Below the pieces are notes generated by a model. The model was not told where the DNA came from. It worked only from the letters and a program-made list of their open reading frames with translations, and searched no databases. DNA of 64,000 bases from Mangrovibacterium sp. (GTDB taxonomy: Bacteria; Bacteroidota; Bacteroidia; Bacteroidales; Prolixibacteraceae): contig JBKECD010000022.1 of assembly GCA_047974225.1 (NCBI GenBank), positions 29 to 64,028 of the forward strand, given 5' to 3'. Below are positions 16,549 to 25,491 of the stretch, one piece after another; within the stretch, counting starts at the first letter, position 1, and the number at the start of each line of letters is the position of its first letter. The translations under genes were made by a program, and so were the position numbers.

Positions 16549-17865
16549 TCAATACCGTTTTTCGAGCTTCGCACCCTTGAAATAATGTTGAAGAATTGCC
16601 TCATAGCTATATCCCTTTGCCCCCATCACCGCTGCCCCAATCTGGCACAATCCCACGCCGTGCCCCCAGCCCGCACCATCAAATTGAAATGACACGGACT
16701 TCTGATTCACTTTTTCGGTTTTCACCACAAAAGCCGAACTGTAAAGATGACTTTCAGAAAGTGTCCGCCGAATTTCTAATTCTTTTCCAATGATGCGTGT
16801 GCACTTCGTTCCCTCTATCTTCAGCTTGATGATTCTGCCCGATGCACCCCGCTCAAGTGGAGTGATGGCTAGCAATTCACCATAGTCCACCCCACTCCGT
16901 TTCAAAATCAACTGCCGAAGTTCTTCGGCATTATATTTCACTTGCCAACGAAAAAAATTATGCGTCGCTTGGTCGAAATCAGGCAATACTGTGGCAAGAA
17001 TATTCCTGTCGGAAGTATTGCAAAAAGAAGCTGGTTTTTCTAAAATAAATTTCTGAGCTTCAAGTTCATGTTGCAGATTTGGTAATTCTGTTTGTTCCGA
17101 TAAATCTAGCACTGGCGAAAGATATTGATGTTCCTCAGGCTCCCACACATGGTGAAAGCTTTCTGAAACACCTCCACAACACTTTGAAAAGCGTGCATCG
17201 CAAATTTCACCTTCATAAGTAAGAAATTCTCCATAGGTTTCATGGATTGCCACATCTACTTTTTCCAATATTATCTCCGTTATTCCCTGATAACGCTGAC
17301 AATGGTCATCAGCACAAACATCAAATCCTTGATGATCTTCTCGATCATACCAACGGATATACTCATTACTCGAATCATTGATAGTCTTATAATTACTATC
17401 TTTTACTTTATCACTTTTAAGCACCTGTGCCACTAGCCAACTGCGCGAAATCACCGCATGAGCCTTGAGTAAATTGTGCGAACTTTTCGCACTCATCTCT
17501 GAAGATATCACCGAGCGAAGATATTCTTCGAGCGGAAGTGTATTGATAGCTCTAATTTTATCATTCTCCACCGTGAGCATCAGACTGCCTTTATAGATGA
17601 AATCTCGCTTTTGCTCCCAATGAAAGTCAATGCCTATGACTACATCTTTAATCAAAAAAGAGGTCGAACCATCGGCAGGCTGAAAATTTATTGTGCTGTG
17701 TGAAGAGGTCGAACCATCGGCGCACTGCAAAACAATTCGATTATCCTGCATCGTAGCTCGATACCAGCTGCTTGATTCTTGAAGTGCATTTATAAATTCA
17801 CCTTTCAGCTGAAATTGCACTTCAGATGCCAATAATAATCCTACTTTGATTTCTGGTTGCTTCAT
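16549..17865 (-). CDS. SpoIID/LytB-domain protein
   Basis: The C-terminal ...GAGWGHGVGLCQIGAAVMGAKGYSYEAILQHYF... is the SpoIID signature. Confidence 0.85.
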   Translation of the reverse strand: MKQPEIKVGLLLASEVQFQLKGEFINALQESSSWYRATMQDNRIVLQCADGSTSSHSTINFQPADGSTSFLIKDVVIGIDFHWEQKRDFIYKGSLMLTVENDKIRAINTLPLEEYLRSVISSEMSAKSSHNLLKAHAVISRSWLVAQVLKSDKVKDSNYKTINDSSNEYIRWYDREDHQGFDVCADDHCQRYQGITEIILEKVDVAIHETYGEFLTYEGEICDARFSKCCGGVSESFHHVWEPEEHQYLSPVLDLSEQTELPNLQHELEAQKFILEKPASFCNTSDRNILATVLPDFDQATHNFFRWQVKYNAEELRQLILKRSGVDYGELLAITPLERGASGRIIKLKIEGTKCTRIIGKELEIRRTLSESHLYSSAFVVKTEKVNQKSVSFQFDGAGWGHGVGLCQIGAAVMGAKGYSYEAILQHYFKGAKLEKRY

Positions 17866-17871
17866 AAACTA

Positions 17872-18828
17872 TTATCTTAAAGCATTTAATAAACAATCTG
17901 CATCAAAAGATTTAGATACTTGATTATATATAGACTGAATATGCTTTATATTTAATTGATTATAATCTTCTTCACGAGCTAATACAAAGACTCCTCCCAT
18001 CTCTACTGACGCAGGACTGACTAGCATTTGTTCTTCACCTGTTGCATAATACTCCGCTGGACGCTGCATAGCACGCGGAAAGATTCGTAAGTAATAAAAC
18101 CCATCAGTATAGCTACATAAGATATTCAGCATAGGTTCTGTATCCGATATATCTCTTTCTAAAAACTTTATTAGTTTATCGAAATACAATAGTATTTCAT
18201 CGGCATCATGCGATTTGAATGTCATCAAAGTTCGTTGATATTCTTTTGTGGAAAGAAATAGCTGCGTGTCTTCTGACAATTGAATTGAGGTGAAGAGTTC
18301 AGCATCATTTAAATCATCGTAATTACAAGGGAGAACTGTTTTTTGACAAGCTTGAAAATGAAAATGATCGGGCGCAGATGCTCCGCATTGCGCACCATTA
18401 AAGAAAATAGTAAAGTCTGTCAGATACTTTGCTAATTCCATCATATCTGAAATGCGCCCCATGATTAATTGCTCAGTGTGCTGAACATCCACAATTGTCA
18501 GGTGCTTTTCAAAGATTGGAAAAGGATTGATTAGTATTTCATAGCTATAAGACGATTCACTCCCCTGAAAAGAAATACCCACTTGCTCAACTGGGCGATT
18601 GGCAGCACACAAAAAACAAGGACGCTTTGCAATTGACTTTGCATCGGTCTTTGCAGCAATAGAAATCATTCGAGCTGGGTTATACTGAATCTTAAAAGTA
18701 AGTTTATCAATTTTTATATCTTGTTGTTTAACAAGCTTTAAGTCATCATAGTTTTTTTGTGCTATGCTCCATGATTTCTGTTGATGGTCTATGAGTTTAT
18801 ATACTCTTTCTTGTAAGTTTTCTTTCAT
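17872..18828 (-). CDS. DUF4922-type protein with HIT/GalT-like H-x-H-x-Q motif (putative nucleotidyltransferase/phosphorylase)
   Basis: ...GASAPDHFHFQAC... The gene sits 6 bp downstream-adjacent to the SpoIID gene and 11 bp from uvrC. Confidence 0.6.
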   Translation of the reverse strand: MKENLQERVYKLIDHQQKSWSIAQKNYDDLKLVKQQDIKIDKLTFKIQYNPARMISIAAKTDAKSIAKRPCFLCAANRPVEQVGISFQGSESSYSYEILINPFPIFEKHLTIVDVQHTEQLIMGRISDMMELAKYLTDFTIFFNGAQCGASAPDHFHFQACQKTVLPCNYDDLNDAELFTSIQLSEDTQLFLSTKEYQRTLMTFKSHDADEILLYFDKLIKFLERDISDTEPMLNILCSYTDGFYYLRIFPRAMQRPAEYYATGEEQMLVSPASVEMGGVFVLAREEDYNQLNIKHIQSIYNQVSKSFDADCLLNALR

Positions 18829-18839
18829 CTAATCTTATT

Positions 18840-20705
18840 CTAATTCATTTTAAGCTTAAAATATTCAAATATTTTCATTGTTCGAGCTCTGCCTATTTCA
18901 TCGGCAACCTTTTGGAAGGGCTGTTTCTTCAGATTATCTACACTGCCAAATAAGCGCATCAGCTGTTGAATAGTGGTATTGCCTATACCTGGAATATCAC
19001 TCAATTCTGATTTGATAAAATTCTTTGAGCGCAGACTTCGGTGAAAAGTAATGCCAAAACGGTGTGCTTCATCACGTGCTTGCTGAATAATCTTCAAGGT
19101 TTCCGAGTTTTTATCTAAATATATAGGTACAGAATCTCCTGGAAAATATATTTCTTCCAATCTTTTGGCTATGCCAATGATTGGCACTTTACCTCGCAAA
19201 TCTAGTTTTTCGAGCGCCTCAAGCGCAGCGCCAAGCTGCCCCTTTCCCCCATCAATCACAATTAGGTCTGGCAATTGATTATCTTCATCAAGCTGACGCT
19301 TATATCGACGATAAATAATCTCACGCATCGACTCAAAATCATCTGGACCATCCACTGTTTTTACATGAAAGTGTCGATATTCCTTTTTAAAAGGTTTAGC
19401 GTTGCGAAACACCACACAAGCTGCCACAGGGTTAGTGCCCTGCAAGTTGGAGTTATCAAAACATTCGATGAGTGCAGGCGCAATATGTAGGCGCAAATCT
19501 TTTTTCATACGCTCAAGTATCCGCGTTGTTCGATCCTCTTTCGGTTTCCGCAAAGCCTGCTGTTTTTCCTTTTCCAAGCGATAATATTTAGCATTACGCA
19601 TGGATAAATCAAGAAGATTCTTTTTATCTCCACGTTCGGGCACTTTAAAAAATACACCGTCTAACTCCATATCAGGAAGAAAAGGCACAATTAGCTCCTT
19701 GGCATTGCTAAAAATCTTCTGACGAATATCCACAATTGCATATTCCAGTAGTTCTTGCTCACTCTCATCAAGCGCTTTCTTCAATTCCATGGTGAAAGTT
19801 TGTACAATTGAGCCATCAATCACCTTGAGATAGTTCACATAGGCAGTATCTTCATGCACATCAATGCTAAATACATCAACATTGGTGATAGTGGAACTCA
19901 CCACTGTTGATTTATTTTGAAACTTTTCGAGATGCGTAATCTTTTCTTTGACTTCCTGAGCCTCTTCAAACTTATAAAGTTCGGCAAATTCTTGCATTTG
20001 CTGGCTCAAAATACGAATAACCTGAGCAATATTTCCCCGCAATATATGGCGTATATCTTGTATTGCGTCTTCATAGTTTTGCACAGATTGCCGTCCCTCG
20101 CAAGGAGCTTTGCAATTACCGATGTGATATTGCAAACACACTTTATACTTTCCAGTGTATATATTATCTGGCGAAAGATTCAACTTGCAAGTGCGTATTT
20201 TATATAGCTTACGAAACATTTCGAGCAATGTGCGCACCATCATAATGGATGTATATGGTCCAAAATATTCTGATCCATCGCGAATAACATTGCGTGTTTG
20301 AAATACCCTTGGAAAATCTTCTTTCTTAATAACAATCCACGGATAAGTTTTATCGTCTTTCAGACGAATATTATAGCGAGGCTGATATTTTTTTATCAGA
20401 TTATTTTCGAGTAGAAGCGCATCTTGCTCCGTTTCCACCACCATATGTTTTATATCGGAAATATTCCGAACAAGCAAAGTTGTTTTTCGATTATCATGAT
20501 TTTTGGTAAAATAAGATGCTACCCTTTTCTTCAAATTCTTTGCCTTACCCACATAGATTATTTTACCAGTATCATCAAAATACTGATAAATTCCTGGCTG
20601 ATCAGGCAGCACGCTCACCAACTCTTTTAAGCGTGATAATCGAAGTTCATCTTTTGTAGCTTTATTTTCACTCATAATAATAGCCTCAAATAATATTTTA
20701 CTCAT
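18840..20705 (-). CDS. uvrC: Excinuclease ABC subunit C
   Basis: GIY-YIG N-terminus (...PGIYQYFDDTGKIIYVGKAKNLKKRVASY...), a UVR domain and a C-terminal HhH. The start could instead be the internal Met at 20675. Confidence 0.95.
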   Translation of the reverse strand: MSKILFEAIIMSENKATKDELRLSRLKELVSVLPDQPGIYQYFDDTGKIIYVGKAKNLKKRVASYFTKNHDNRKTTLLVRNISDIKHMVVETEQDALLLENNLIKKYQPRYNIRLKDDKTYPWIVIKKEDFPRVFQTRNVIRDGSEYFGPYTSIMMVRTLLEMFRKLYKIRTCKLNLSPDNIYTGKYKVCLQYHIGNCKAPCEGRQSVQNYEDAIQDIRHILRGNIAQVIRILSQQMQEFAELYKFEEAQEVKEKITHLEKFQNKSTVVSSTITNVDVFSIDVHEDTAYVNYLKVIDGSIVQTFTMELKKALDESEQELLEYAIVDIRQKIFSNAKELIVPFLPDMELDGVFFKVPERGDKKNLLDLSMRNAKYYRLEKEKQQALRKPKEDRTTRILERMKKDLRLHIAPALIECFDNSNLQGTNPVAACVVFRNAKPFKKEYRHFHVKTVDGPDDFESMREIIYRRYKRQLDEDNQLPDLIVIDGGKGQLGAALEALEKLDLRGKVPIIGIAKRLEEIYFPGDSVPIYLDKNSETLKIIQQARDEAHRFGITFHRSLRSKNFIKSELSDIPGIGNTTIQQLMRLFGSVDNLKKQPFQKVADEIGRARTMKIFEYFKLKMN

Positions 20706-20712
20706 AAATAAA

Positions 20713-20736
20713 AAGACGCATTAATATGTGCGTCTT
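20713..20736 (-). terminator. Intrinsic terminator after apt
   Basis: aagacgca ... tgcgtctt stem flanked by A- and T-runs. It lies between the apt stop and the uvrC start. Confidence 0.6.
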
Positions 20737-20759
20737 TTTTATTCATATCAATTCACTTG

Positions 20760-21278
20760 CTAAAAGTCAATCAATGTGTGCATATCATATTTTCTTAGTT
20801 CCTTTTTATTTGGAGTTTCTATGAAAGTCAAATCAGATATAAAAGAAAAATACACCTTTTTCACTTTTAGCTGCTCCACCAGATGAAGTGCAGCTAGAGC
20901 TGTTCCACCCGTAGCTAATAAATCATCATGAATAAGCACTACATCATTTTCATCGAGCGCATCAATGTGCATTTCTAGCGTATCGGTGCCATATTCTAAT
21001 TCATATGATTCTTTGATTACCTCAGCTGGAAGTTTTCCTGGTTTACGCACGGGCACATATCCAGCATTCAGATGATAGGCTATTGCGCCTCCTAAAATAA
21101 AACCACGAGATTCAAGACACACCACCTTAGTAATACCTTTATCAGTGAAATGTTTCACTATTTCATCTACTGTTTGTCTGAAAGCATCTTTATTTTTCAG
21201 CAGTGTTGTGATGTCTTTAAAATCCACTCCCGCCTGTGGATAATCTGGAATGGAGCGAATGTAAGTTTTTAAATTCAT
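20760..21278 (-). CDS. apt: Adenine phosphoribosyltransferase
   Basis: 172 aa, with ...FKDITTLL... and the PRPP motif VVLIHDDLLATGGT. Confidence 0.95.
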   Translation of the reverse strand: MNLKTYIRSIPDYPQAGVDFKDITTLLKNKDAFRQTVDEIVKHFTDKGITKVVCLESRGFILGGAIAYHLNAGYVPVRKPGKLPAEVIKESYELEYGTDTLEMHIDALDENDVVLIHDDLLATGGTALAALHLVEQLKVKKVYFSFISDLTFIETPNKKELRKYDMHTLIDF

Positions 21279-21290
21279 AAAAATCTATTT

Positions 21291-21306
21291 TGTTCCACGT
21301 GGAACA
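21291..21306. promoter_or_regulatory. Perfect 16-bp palindrome TGTTCCACGTGGAACA
   Basis: Self-complementary, 12 bp upstream of the apt ATG. It shares the 14-bp core GTTCCACGTGGAAC with the site at 21396-21415. Confidence 0.5.
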
Positions 21307-21395
21307 TTATTTATTAATTGTTTTATTATAAGGGTTTTCTAAAAAAAAATAGCATTTAATTTAGAGTATCACTAACTATATTTATTACATAGTTA

Positions 21396-21415
21396 AAAGT
21401 TCCACGTGGAACTTT
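21396..21415. promoter_or_regulatory. Perfect 20-bp palindrome AAAGTTCCACGTGGAACTTT
   Basis: Self-complementary and overlapping the mnmG stop codon (21414-21416). It could act as a weak terminator hairpin or as a protein-binding site. Confidence 0.5.
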
Positions 21416-23291
21416 ACCTACCTAATAATATTAAAAGCACGTTTATATCTGCTGGACTAACTCCTGATATACGACTAGCCTGACCTAATGTTTCGGGGTC
21501 TATATTAGATAGTTTTTGTCGTGCTTCGGTAGATATAGTGTGTAGTTCGTTATAATCAAACTTGCCTTTAATTTTAATATCTTCGAGTCTTTTAAATTTA
21601 TCAGCCATCTGCCGTTCACGTACAATATAGCCTGAATATTTAATTATAATCTCTGCTGCTTCTAATATTTCTTCTTTTCTATCCGCAGGATATTCAGCTA
21701 CAAATTTAGCCAAAGGAGTGATATCTTCCAATAAATCAAAAATAGTAATTTGCGGGCGAGAAATGATATCTCTTAGTTTCACACTTTGCTTAATAGGAGC
21801 AGAACCTTTAGCTTCTAGAATTGAATTAATAAATTGAGGCTTGATGGAAAAATCATTTAAGAAAGTTATCAGTTCATCGCGTAGTCTGATTTTCTCCTGA
21901 AGTAAATTCATACGCTCTACTGATGCTAATCCTATTTCAAAAGCACGGGGAGTCAATCTGAAATCTGCATCATCTTGGCGAAGCAAGATGCGATATTCAG
22001 CTCGCGAGGTAAACATGCGGTATGGTTCATCCACTCCCTTAGTTACTAAATCATCAATCAAAACTCCAATATAAGCTTCATCTCGTCCGAGAATAAAACT
22101 AGATTTATCATGGGCTTTCTGATGGGCATTGATTCCAGCCATCAATCCTTGGGCTGCTGCTTCTTCATATCCAGTAGTGCCGTTTATCTGACCAGCAAAA
22201 TAAAGATTGTCGAGCAACTTTGTTTCTAGCGAATGATTCAATTGTGTAGGGTCGAAATAATCATATTCGATGGCATAGCCCGGGCGAAACATTTTAGCAT
22301 TTTCTAATCCTGAGATTTTATGTAATGCCTTTTGCTGAACCTCCCAAGCTAGCGAGGATGAAAATCCATTGATATAGTATTCCACTGTGCGCTCGCCTTC
22401 GGGCTCTAGAAATAAATGATGTTGGTCTTTTTCAGCAAAGGTGATTAATTTTGATTCGATGCTTGGACAATAACGAGGACCTGCTCCTTCTATTCTTCCA
22501 TCAAACATGGCTGAGTCTTGAAATCCTGATTTCAAGATTTCGTGTGCTTCAGGATTGGTGAAAGTAATCCAACAACTGCGTTGTTTCAAAGAAGATTTTT
22601 CATGGGGAAGAAAAGAAAACTTATAAAATCCACTTTCTCCTTGCTGCTCGGTGAGTTTTGAAAAATCAATAGTTCGCTCATCAATGCGCACAGGCGTACC
22701 TGTTTTCAGTCTGCCAGTCTTAAATCCTAGACTTGCTAATTGCTCGGTGATGTGATAGGCTGACTTCTCCCCTATCCTGCCGCCTTCTAAAGAAGACTTT
22801 CCGATGTGCATCAGTCCGTTGAGAAAAGTGCCATTAGTGAGCACCACTGTTTTTGAGCGAAACTCTACTCCAATCTGAGTTTTCACTCCACAGACTGCTC
22901 CATCGGCTATCAAAAGTTCGACTACGGAGTCTTGCCACATATCTAATCCCTTGATAGACTCTAGGATATATCGCCATTCATCAGTGAATTTAAATCTATC
23001 GCATTGCGAGCGAGGACTCCACATGGCAGGACCTTTCGATCGGTTGAGCATGCGAAACTGAATGGAAGTTCTGTCGGTGATGATAGCTGTCTGCCCTCCA
23101 AGCGCATCAATTTCGCGCACAATCTGTCCTTTAGCAATTCCGCCAATGGCAGGGTTGCACGACATCTGCGCAAATTTCATCATATCCATAGTGATGAGCA
23201 GGGTGCGTGAACCTAGCTTGGCTGCTGCTGCTGCTGCTTCGCAACCAGCATGACCGCCTCCCACCACAATGACATCGTATTCTGTGTTCAT
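21414..23291 (-). CDS. mnmG: tRNA uridine-5-carboxymethylaminomethyl synthesis enzyme MnmG (GidA)
   Basis: MNTEYDVIVVGGGHAGCEAA... FAD motif; 625 aa; GidA signatures throughout. Confidence 0.97.
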   Translation of the reverse strand: MNTEYDVIVVGGGHAGCEAAAAAAKLGSRTLLITMDMMKFAQMSCNPAIGGIAKGQIVREIDALGGQTAIITDRTSIQFRMLNRSKGPAMWSPRSQCDRFKFTDEWRYILESIKGLDMWQDSVVELLIADGAVCGVKTQIGVEFRSKTVVLTNGTFLNGLMHIGKSSLEGGRIGEKSAYHITEQLASLGFKTGRLKTGTPVRIDERTIDFSKLTEQQGESGFYKFSFLPHEKSSLKQRSCWITFTNPEAHEILKSGFQDSAMFDGRIEGAGPRYCPSIESKLITFAEKDQHHLFLEPEGERTVEYYINGFSSSLAWEVQQKALHKISGLENAKMFRPGYAIEYDYFDPTQLNHSLETKLLDNLYFAGQINGTTGYEEAAAQGLMAGINAHQKAHDKSSFILGRDEAYIGVLIDDLVTKGVDEPYRMFTSRAEYRILLRQDDADFRLTPRAFEIGLASVERMNLLQEKIRLRDELITFLNDFSIKPQFINSILEAKGSAPIKQSVKLRDIISRPQITIFDLLEDITPLAKFVAEYPADRKEEILEAAEIIIKYSGYIVRERQMADKFKRLEDIKIKGKFDYNELHTISTEARQKLSNIDPETLGQASRISGVSPADINVLLILLGR

Positions 23292-23372
23292 ATCAAACTA
23301 TAAAGCTAATCCACAAAGATAAAGCTATTCTATTAATAAATAAAAGAATAGCTATCTATTCCAATAATAAAA

Positions 23373-23789
23373 TCAACTAAATTTAGCCAAATAAAAATTT
23401 TCTTTGCTTGTCATCAACTCTTTATCGGCTGGTTCTTTATCTTTATATCCAAGCAGATGAAGCACACCATGAATAAGCATGCGACGCATTTCTTCATCAA
23501 ATTTCACTTGGAAAGTTTCTGCATTTTCCACCACCCTATCACAACTAATAAACAAATCGCCCGAAATCAGTCTATCCTCCACATAATCGAAAGTGATGAT
23601 ATCGGTGTAGTAGTCATGATTGAGATATTGTCGATTGACATCAAGCAGATAATCATCGGAACAAAAGATAAAATTGACATCGCCAAGTTTTTTTTCTTCA
23701 GCTTCGATTGATGACTTAATCCAAGATTTTATTTTATTTCGTTCGAGCGAAAATTTCTTCACATCTTCGAAATGAAAAAGTATAGCCAT
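23373..23789 (-). CDS. ybeY: rRNA maturation endoribonuclease YbeY
   Basis: 138 aa with the HGVLHLLGYKD zinc motif. Confidence 0.93.
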   Translation of the reverse strand: MAILFHFEDVKKFSLERNKIKSWIKSSIEAEEKKLGDVNFIFCSDDYLLDVNRQYLNHDYYTDIITFDYVEDRLISGDLFISCDRVVENAETFQVKFDEEMRRMLIHGVLHLLGYKDKEPADKELMTSKENFYLAKFS

Positions 23790-24073
23790 AAATTATTTTT
23801 TTGAGGGTAATAAAAAGCAGCTACAAATTTAGCTTTAAACATGGACAATAAAAATAGCTTTTGAAATTTTGATTAAAAATTGACCTATATCTATTGAGTA
23901 TTTACGAAGGAATATCTTGGTGAATAAAAATATACTGATTAAAATGAGTTTATTATGTTTATAAACTATTTTAAAGTTTATAAAGCACTATTATTAAGAT
24001 ATTTACGATTTAATTTTACAGCTATTGAAAGAAAAAAGAAAAAACAAAGTAGAGAAATTCTACTATCTTATTC

Positions 24074-24412
24074 TTATCAACATTTGAAAAATAGCTGTTA
24101 ATATAAAAATGTAAATCCCTTTAAATGAATAAGTTTAAAATTGCATGATTGTTGATAACTCCATCATTGTCTGTTGAAAGTTATAGAAGAAAAAAAGGCT
24201 AACTAATTTGTGAAGGTCAAGAAAACGCCTATACAAAAACAGTATAGAGAAATGCAAAAAAAGATATTCTGAAATAATCAAGTATTATTATCGAGTTATC
24301 CACAAGAGCTAGTCAAAAAATTTATTCATAGTACTAGGATATTAACAGCTGTTGAAATCTCAATAAAAAAGCTCATAGATAAACTTTTATACTGTGAATA
24401 TTTTTTTGATAA
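24074..24412. other. Cluster of DnaA-box-like 9-mers (candidate oriC core)
   Basis: - TTATCCACA, perfect, at 24296-24304 (+)
- TTATCAACA at 24074-24082 (+)
- TTATCAACA at 24150-24158 (-)
- aTATTCACA at 24393-24401 (-)
- TTATCAAAA at 24404-24412 (-)

Three of these share the extended context GAGTTATC. Confidence 0.45.
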
Positions 24413-24578
24413 CTCCATTGAATAGTTTAATAACTAAATAAGCAAGTAAATCGGAATATAGTTTTTAATAGAACTAACAGCCTTTATTAGTGTTGTTGTT
24501 TTTGTATATGTATAAATTGAATAGAAAAATAAAAGACAAACAGAGCAGGTAAAATCGCTTTTTAGAAATTCCCATATG

Positions 24579-24796
24579 TTTGCACAATTGGTCACAGACA
24601 TGGTCGCACGAGATATAGTCTTTACACAGTTGGGTACGGACATGGTCGCACGAGATATAGTCTTTGCATAGTTGTGCACGGACATGGTCGCACGAGATAT
24701 AGTCTTTGCACAGTTGGGCACGGACATGGTCGCGCGAGATATTGTCTTTGCACAGTTGGTCATGGACATGGTCGCGCGAGATATTGTCTTTGCACG
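24579..24796. repeat. 42-bp tandem array, 5.2 copies
   Basis: GACATGGTCGC unit starts fall at 24597, 24639, 24681, 24723 and 24765, a period of exactly 42 bp. The unit is tttgcacagttgggcacggacatggtcgcacgagatatagtc, with a few substitutions per copy. Confidence 0.92.
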
Positions 24797-24991
24797 TTAA
24801 TGTATAACGACCAATTTTTACATTTCACTAGTTCAAATGTGATTAATATTCTCGAAAGTGTTTCGTTTTTTCTAAATTTTTTTTCTGATTTAGGTATAAA
24901 CCGAGGCAACCGATAGTTTCAAACAACACTAAAACATAGAAAAATCTTATAGTAGATATACGATAAAGATTATGAAACATGAAGTTTGTAC

Positions 24992-24999
24992 TATTTTTG
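24992..24999 (+). promoter_or_regulatory. Candidate -7 promoter box (TAttTTTG) for the response-regulator gene
   Basis: Matches TAnnTTTG and lies about 80 nt upstream of the ATG at 25079. Confidence 0.3.
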
Positions 25000-25078
25000 C
25001 GGAAAAATTGCGTTTTTCTACCATTAGAGTATGCTCATTAAAATTAAAAGATATACTTTTGGGAAAAATGTAGATAAG

Positions 25079-25465
25079 ATGTCTGAAAAGCTTTCAATTT
25101 TACTGGTAGAAGATAATATGCTAAATCAAAAGGTGGTTACATTCAGTTTGAAAAAACTGGAAAGTAACATCATGATTGCTAATAATGGTTTAGAAGGAGT
25201 TGAACTATTCAAATCGAATAAGTTTGATTTCATCTTGATGGATATTATGATGCCAATCATGGATGGTTTAGAAGCTACTAAAAAAATAAGAGAATATGAG
25301 CGCGAGAATAATATTGAGCGCACCCCTATTATAGCTGTAACCGCTAATACGCTTGATAATGACAGAGATAAATGCATCCAGTATGGCATGGATGAGTTTA
25401 TGTCGAAGCCATTTAGCCTGCCAAATCTAAGAGAAATTTTAGAAGAAATAGGTATTCATATTTAA
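25079..25465 (+). CDS. Stand-alone response-regulator receiver domain protein (CheY-like)
   Basis: ...LSILLVEDNMLNQKV...FDFILMDIMMPIMDGLEAT...IIAVTANTL...KPF... I chose the start at the internal Met (MSEKLS). There is no output domain and no kinase gene in the window. Confidence 0.85.
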   Translation: MSEKLSILLVEDNMLNQKVVTFSLKKLESNIMIANNGLEGVELFKSNKFDFILMDIMMPIMDGLEATKKIREYERENNIERTPIIAVTANTLDNDRDKCIQYGMDEFMSKPFSLPNLREILEEIGIHI

Positions 25466-25491
25466 AAAATATTGGAGTAGTTTGACTATTC

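Noticed and set aside
24579-24796. A CRISPR array.
   Set aside because: The repeat units are directly contiguous with no unique spacers. The unit is 42 bp with point variation, and there are no cas genes or leader in the window. The same reasoning applies to the arrays at 9522-9676, 41346-41524 and 63462-63575.
24434-24916. Track ORFs 24434..24769 (-) and 24674..24916 (+), which encode repetitive peptides such as MSVPNCAKTISRAT and GHGHGRARYCLCTV.
   Set aside because: They are simply translations of the 42-bp tandem array, since 42 is divisible by 3. They sit in an otherwise non-coding AT-rich region and have no plausible start context.
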